Shown in pieces: positions 59,301 through 64,000 of a stretch of 64,000 nt of DNA (position 1 is its first letter; every line of letters begins with the position of its first letter). The notes under the pieces are model-generated. The model saw nothing but the letters and a program-made list of their open reading frames with translations, was not told the origin of the DNA and searched no databases. This stretch comes from Dipteris shenzhenensis (lineage: Eukaryota), in NCBI GenBank assembly GCA_047967505.1, contig CM106538.1; one strand, given 5' to 3'. The translations under genes and the position numbers were made by a program.

Positions 59301-61755
59301 GATCACTTCCAAAGGTCTTTTGCTCACCTTAGCATTTTTGGGAAATGCATGTCTGGCCTGCTTACCCATTTGGCATGCTTCACATACCTTTTGCATTCCC
59401 TCAACTCTGAATTTAGGCAAACCTGCAACAATGTTTTTCGTTTGCATAGATTTCAGCCTTTGTATATTCACATGCCCAATGCGCTTGTGCCATATCTCAA
59501 TATCTGCAATGACACCTCTCCCATGCGCAAACATAGCAGCTTTCACCTCAGGCATATCAACATCCAAGGTGAACATTCTTCCATTTTTGTTGCCTTTCGC
59601 AACCAAGCGGCATTTATTTTTCAGGTCTTCAACGAAGCATCCATCAGGATTAAATCTAACCTGCAGACCTTGCTCAACCATTTGGCCAACTGAAACCAGG
59701 TTCTTAGTGATTTTTGGAACATGAAGTACATCTGCCAAGTACTTTGTTTTGCCATCCTGCATAGCCAATGGCACTTTACCAACCTGCGTAATTGGGTGCG
59801 CAGTATCATCACCTGTTTCAACATAACCTGGCTTATCCAAATTTCTAACATCATGAAACCACTCACCATGACTGGTCATGTGATTAGAGGCACCTGAATC
59901 AACATACCAAACATCATTGCAAGCTGCAGCATCTCCTGACATGGAGTTAACCATATGCTGCATCACAAAAAGGTGCTCATTTCTGTCGTCACCATGCCCA
60001 CTTGATGATGCATAGTTGCTTTGCTGCAACTTCCCACTTTTGATGTCATTCTGTTTTTTATAGCATGTATTCTCCTTGTGTCCAGGCTTTCCACAATAAT
60101 AGCATTCTGTGCTGCTATTTACTTGCTGGTTCCTTTGCCATGAACCACGGCCTCTTTGGCTCCCCCTGCCTCTAGAACTACCACGTCCTCCTCCATAGGA
60201 CTGGTTTTCCTGTTGTTGCTGCTGGTTCTGATTTCCTGCACGGCCACCAAAACGGCCTCTTCCTCTACCCCTGCCTCTACCTGTATTTGAGTAGAAAGCA
60301 GTCTCTTGAGAAGCTGAGGTGGCTGAACCACCATTCCTTTGCTCTTCACTCAGCAAGAGAGCAATAAGTTCCTGAAAATCAGGAAATGTTTCACGGACTC
60401 CAATGGATGTCCGAAACTGTGCATAATCTTTCCCAAGACCATTCAAGGTCACGGACACTAAGTCCTCATCATCAACAGGTGCTCCAATGGAGGCAAGAGA
60501 ATCTGCAAGGCCTTTCACCTTCAAGGAATACTCATTTATATTCAGATTTTTCCTTTGCACATTGTGCAACTCCTGCTTTAGCTGCATCTTTCGTGCTTTG
60601 GTATTTGTGCTATACAGCTTCACCAATGTATCCCATGCCTCCTTAGGCGTCTCTAGATCCTGTATATGCACAATCATAGAATCTGAAATGCTAACGGACA
60701 GCCAATACAGGCATTTTCTGGCTTTTTCATGCCATTCTTTAAAGGCCTTCAATTCAGCAGGAGTGGGAGCAGCACCCAAAACTGGTTCTGCAGTTTCACC
60801 ACTGATGTAATCCCAAACTCCCTTTCCCATAAAGAAGTTTGTCATCCTGAACTTCCATGCTTGGAAGTTGTTCTTGTCCAGCTTCTCACTGACAATGGTA
60901 GACAGATTCTCAGACATTTTACAAATCACGAATTGCAACAGCAACCTGTAAACACAGCAAATGCCTCAGAAGGGCAAATAGCAAAACTTCTGCAAAGAGC
61001 CTCACAGGGGCAGATCTGCAACACTGACGAAAGTGGTATTTCACCACACAGTCACTTCCTAGTGACGATTTTGCATCAACAGGCAACAGGCATGAATCTG
61101 CAACTCCCAATATCTCTGCACACAGGCATACGACGCAGTTTCTGTGGCACCTTTCCACCGACTGGCCGCGCGCAGTGGTCGCACAGCAAAAACAGGGCCT
61201 TTTTCTGAGTGCCTGCGAAGGACTTCCGCCCTCAAAACAGGCCCCGAAACGGCCACAAAGCATATACTGCGCTCTCGCCGCACCGCGAAGGGCCTCTCAA
61301 TCTGAAGCAGTGCACTCCTGCACTTCTGGCTGTGCTACCTGCAAAGATTTGCTCCCAAACTCGAAGTAGGAAAGCAACACTGGTCCTCTTACCAGGACAC
61401 CACAAACTTGGCTTTCTTTCTTGAGCTCCTTACCACGAACAAGGCTCTGATACCATGTAAAGAAGAAGGGAGAGAGATAGGAGACTCAAGTTCAGCTTTC
61501 TTCACAACACACAAAAGAGAGAGAGGACACAAGGTTGGAGGGTGAAGCCTTTCTTCACTTTTGCACACAACAACAATACAATAGAAGAGGGAAATACCCT
61601 ATATGTCAAAACCTAGAATACGTGGTTCATATGTGAACCCAAACCAAAAACATACGTGGTAGTCTAACTACACCACAAGTACAACTAACATAGGCGGTGA
61701 CATAAATGATAGTCATCCAGGAGATATGTCGGGGATAGAGCTTGATATCTCAACA
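56305..61755 (-). mobile_element. Intact Ty1/copia LTR retrotransposon H (LTRs 56305-56604 and 61456-61755)
   Basis: 300-bp LTRs appear identical; TSD AGACT; PBS TGGTATCAGAGC (61455-61444); PPT GAGGGGGAG; single uninterrupted ORF. Confidence 0.98.
56562..60917 (-). CDS. Copia gag-pol polyprotein (1451 aa from ATG 60917): gag, CCHC knuckle, protease, integrase, RT, RNase H
   Basis: Open ORF with CYYCGKPGHKENTC, WYVDSGASNHM, HH-CC, integrase DDE core, YVDDL, YTDADWAG and RTKHIEV; the stop lies within the 3' LTR. Confidence 0.97.
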   Translation of the reverse strand: MSENLSTIVSEKLDKNNFQAWKFRMTNFFMGKGVWDYISGETAEPVLGAAPTPAELKAFKEWHEKARKCLYWLSVSISDSMIVHIQDLETPKEAWDTLVKLYSTNTKARKMQLKQELHNVQRKNLNINEYSLKVKGLADSLASIGAPVDDEDLVSVTLNGLGKDYAQFRTSIGVRETFPDFQELIALLLSEEQRNGGSATSASQETAFYSNTGRGRGRGRGRFGGRAGNQNQQQQQENQSYGGGRGSSRGRGSQRGRGSWQRNQQVNSSTECYYCGKPGHKENTCYKKQNDIKSGKLQQSNYASSSGHGDDRNEHLFVMQHMVNSMSGDAAACNDVWYVDSGASNHMTSHGEWFHDVRNLDKPGYVETGDDTAHPITQVGKVPLAMQDGKTKYLADVLHVPKITKNLVSVGQMVEQGLQVRFNPDGCFVEDLKNKCRLVAKGNKNGRMFTLDVDMPEVKAAMFAHGRGVIADIEIWHKRIGHVNIQRLKSMQTKNIVAGLPKFRVEGMQKVCEACQMGKQARHAFPKNAKVSKRPLEVIHSDVWTTKAASIGGCHYYVTFIDDYTRKVWIYFMKHKSEVFSHFKAFKAMVEKEKGVHIKVLRSDGGGEYFSEEFCEYLKEQGIQRKYSCRSTPQQNGVAERKNRHIAEVGRAILNEKNMPDYFWAEAVATAVYIMNRTPTAAVHGMTPEEMYTGQKPDISHLKVFGCIAYVHVPDEKRTKLDPKAEKCIFIGYAQHQKGYRCYNPSTRKMQVSRDVVFDEMSSWYAPTVMVGDADAGNGNAAINAEQQSQALSGPREPSTSGSNAWTGRLRSSESSHGSPDSVVQVSHKGKEKVDHAPVFDVSAGSSHVDGESSGSEMSLDEELGIPSVVTPGARKSRHDLKTPATDPVVRRSTRIKYPVDRLRYDGYTAHHYAYMVKVLEEPEPTCFEDAAGHKNWEAAMDEEMAALDANHTWDLMPLPHDKKAIGCKWVYKVKHNADGSVSRYKARLVAKGFAQTYGIDYEETFSPVARMATVRAVIAMAAAKGWSLHQMDVKNAFLHGDLQEEVYMMQPEGYEDNAHPDFVCRLRKALYGLKQAPRAWSDKIGQYLLTIGFQISNSDFSLYVKRTNRGIVLIVIYVDDLIITGDSDADINEVKLLLKQKFEMKDLGELRYFLGIEVIRSPSGIWLLQRQYGLDMLSKYGMTGCKPISVPLEQNVKLNAETGELLEDITMYRRIVGSLIYMTITRPDLSYAVGLVSQFMQAPRKPHLDAARRILRYVKSTLHYGLFYEAGCALQVHGYTDADWAGSVSDRRSTSGFMFSLGSGAISWSSKKQPTVALSSTEAEYRGAAMAACEVAWLRKLLADMGQSVHAAVVIHCDNISSIMLANNPVYHARTKHIEVHYHFVREKVLAGEIDLVYVSTEEQVADIFTKALGTEKLRRFRSLLGVREMDLSLRGSVEISSSIPDISPG

Positions 61756-61760
61756 AGACT

Positions 61761-62191
61761 ATGCAGGGCATGTGGATAGTAGGAGATCCACTTCTGGTTA
61801 TGTGTTCACCTTTGCAGGTGGTGCAGTGTCGTGGATGTCTCGCACACAGAAGTGCATTGCTTTGTCTACCACAGAGGCTGAGTATGTTGCAGCCACAGAG
61901 GGTTGCAAGGAGGCTATATGGCTTGATCGGCTAGTGGGAGATTTGGGGATTCATGCAGGTGTACCGACATTGCATAGTGATTCCATGAGTGCTATTCAGC
62001 TAGCACGGAATCCGGTCTTTCATGCAAAGACCAAACACATTGAGGTCAGGTACCATTTCATCAGGGAGGTACTTGAGGACAAGCGCATAGAGCTTGTCAA
62101 GGTTCATACAGATGATAACCCTGCAGATATGCTGACGAAGAGTCTACCTAGTCAGCGGTTTGAGTATTGTCGTGTATTGATGGGCTATTGA
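61761..62191 (+). pseudogene. Copia G RNase H (remainder of pol after the insertion)
   Basis: YTDSD|YAGHVDSRRSTSGY...KTKHIEVRYHF rejoins exactly across the AGACT TSD. Confidence 0.92.
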
Positions 62192-62441
62192 TGGGCATTG
62201 GATAGTATGCTCACTGGTTGTTCTCCCTTAAAGGCACATTGTCCTTTAAGTGGGAGGTTGTGGGGGTTAAAGGTCACTGTGCCTTAACCCCAGTTATGTA
62301 CAATACTCAAACACATATATAAATGAATGAAAAAAGAAGATTAGGGTGGTTCTGCACCCACCAAAAACTTGTGTGGCTCTCTGTCTCTCTCTCTCCCTCT
62401 CTCTCCTTCTTCCATTCTTGCTTCCGTTGAGAGCACTCTCA

Positions 62442-64000
62442 TCCGGCTCTTCAGTTCCCATTTGGTCCTATTAGCATCAGGGACATGCACAAAATAGTCA
62501 CATCCAAAAACTCTGAAATGTGCAGCTGAAGGTTTCTTACCAAAAAAGGCATACAGTGGAGTCATTCCATTCACAGCCTTCGTGTAGCTACGATTCAGAA
62601 TGTAAACTACCGTGTTACATGCTTCAGCCCAGAAAGCCTTTGGCAAATCTTTCCCTTTCATCATACTCCTGCCTATTTCGCAGATGACGTGCATCTTGCG
62701 CTCTGCTACTCCATTTTTCTGTGGTATATGTAGCTACGATTCAGAATGTAAACTACCGTGTTACATGCTTCAGCCCAGAAAGCCTTTGGCAAATCTTTCC
62801 CTTTCATCATACTCCTGCCCATTTCGCAGATGACGTGCATCTTGCGCTCTGCTACTCCATTTTGCTGTGGTATATGTGGCGGGGGTTTCTGCCTCTTGAT
62901 CCCATGACTTTTGCAGTAACTTTCGAATTCACTTGATGTGAACTCTCCACCTCTGTTTGATCTCAACTTCTTCACCTTCCTCCCCATTTCTTTCTCGACC
63001 ATTACATGCCATTTTTTGAACTTACTAAAAGCTTCATCTTTAGTCTTCAGGAAGTATATCCATATCCTTCTACTGTAGTTGTCGAGATCAGCGTCATGAA
63101 GTAGTAGGAACCACCCAAAGCTTCCGCCCTCTCCATCTTTCCACAAAGGTCCATGTGAACAAGCTCTAGAGGAGCCTTTGCCCTGCTGGCCTCTTTAGAA
63201 AAGGGCTGCCGATGCTGCTTACCCATCATGCAAGCTTCACATACATCAGGCAGATCTGTAATCTCTGGTAGGTCTGCAATCATTTCACTTTTATGCATCT
63301 CTTGTAAAGAACTAAGGTTTAGATGACCAAACCTCTCATGCCATAGCTTAGTGTTGCTCACATTGGTTCGAGCACTGAAAGCTGAGAGTTCGTAGATGTT
63401 GTTGCGCCGTGTACCTTTACCAATGACCTTCCCTTAAAGATCCAAAATTTGTGTACAATTCTTATCGAATTGAACTTTGAGGTCCCAATCCGTGATCGCA
63501 AAAATGGACAACAAGTTCCTCTTGATATCTAGCACATAAAGAATATTGGACAACTGTTTTACAACTCCATCTTACTTAAGAGCAATCATACCTTTTTCTT
63601 TTGCTGGACATTTTGCATCATTGCCGACTGCTACCAGGATGTCATTGCCTACCGGATATAGAGAGGTATACCAATCCTTACGACTGGTCATGTGGTGCGA
63701 TGCACCACTTTCATTAATCCAAGGTTCATCTGTAGGTACATGAACTACCTCCGTGCAAATCTCCTCAATTGCTATGAATAGCTCTATTGGTACTGCCTGC
63801 GCGCTGTTGCTGGACTCTTTCTTTACTTCGTTCTTCTCATTTGCAATCTTCTTTTGGCACTCATTCTGCTTGTGCCCTGCCTTGTTGCAATAGAAGCACC
63901 CGATCTTGTTCTTTCTCTTTTTATCATTAGAAGAAGATGGGTTACCAGAGTCCTTACCCTTACCTTTCTTTGATCCAGCCGAGAAAGCCGAATCTTCTCC
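62442..64000 (-). mobile_element. Copia element F, upstream part (gag knuckle, protease, integrase), decayed; runs off the window
   Basis: CFYCNKAGHKQNEC, WINESGASHHM, LWHERFGH...CEAC, PQQNGVAERK; 146-bp tandem duplication 62583-62728 / 62729-62876. Confidence 0.9.

Larger units (their letters stand above)
50906..62441 (+). mobile_element. Ty1/copia LTR retrotransposon G (LTRs 50906-51088 and 62259-62441), interrupted by element H
   Basis: 183-bp LTRs with 2 mismatches; TSD TCCGG; PBS TGGTATCAGAG at 51091; PPT AAGTGGGAGGT before 62259. Confidence 0.97.

Noticed and set aside
57126-61424. Plus-strand ORFs of up to 162 aa opposite element H
   Set aside because: Antisense shadows of the gag-pol ORF with no independent motifs.

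Overview
Eukaryotic, repeat-dense land-plant nuclear DNA (the TE-stuffed giant intron and TE types suggest a fern or other large-genome non-seed plant; this is inference). One intact host gene is present: a 3-exon LORELEI-like GPI-anchored protein (LLG) on the minus strand (join 15909-15828, 15319-15236, 4137-3749; 184 aa). Its 11.1-kb second intron is filled with LTR-element remains, including a captured PTB RRM fragment. Most of the rest is retrotransposon sequence. It includes a degenerate L1-type LINE and at least nine Ty1/copia copies or fragments, among them a three-level nest whose innermost element is intact with apparently identical LTRs. There are also Ty3/gypsy fragments and a LINE inserted into a copia with a 15-bp TSD. 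The most unusual zone is 30.4-37.2 kb. It holds a decayed WRKY/GCM-type zinc-finger (transposase-like) ORF, a ~1.2-kb inverted-repeat-bounded cassette with first-exon fragments of Mpv17/PMP22 and katanin p60, and a spliced pseudogene resembling a beta-class (N4-cytosine/N6-adenine) DNA amino-methyltransferase. All coordinates and alignments were read by eye; no database searches were run.
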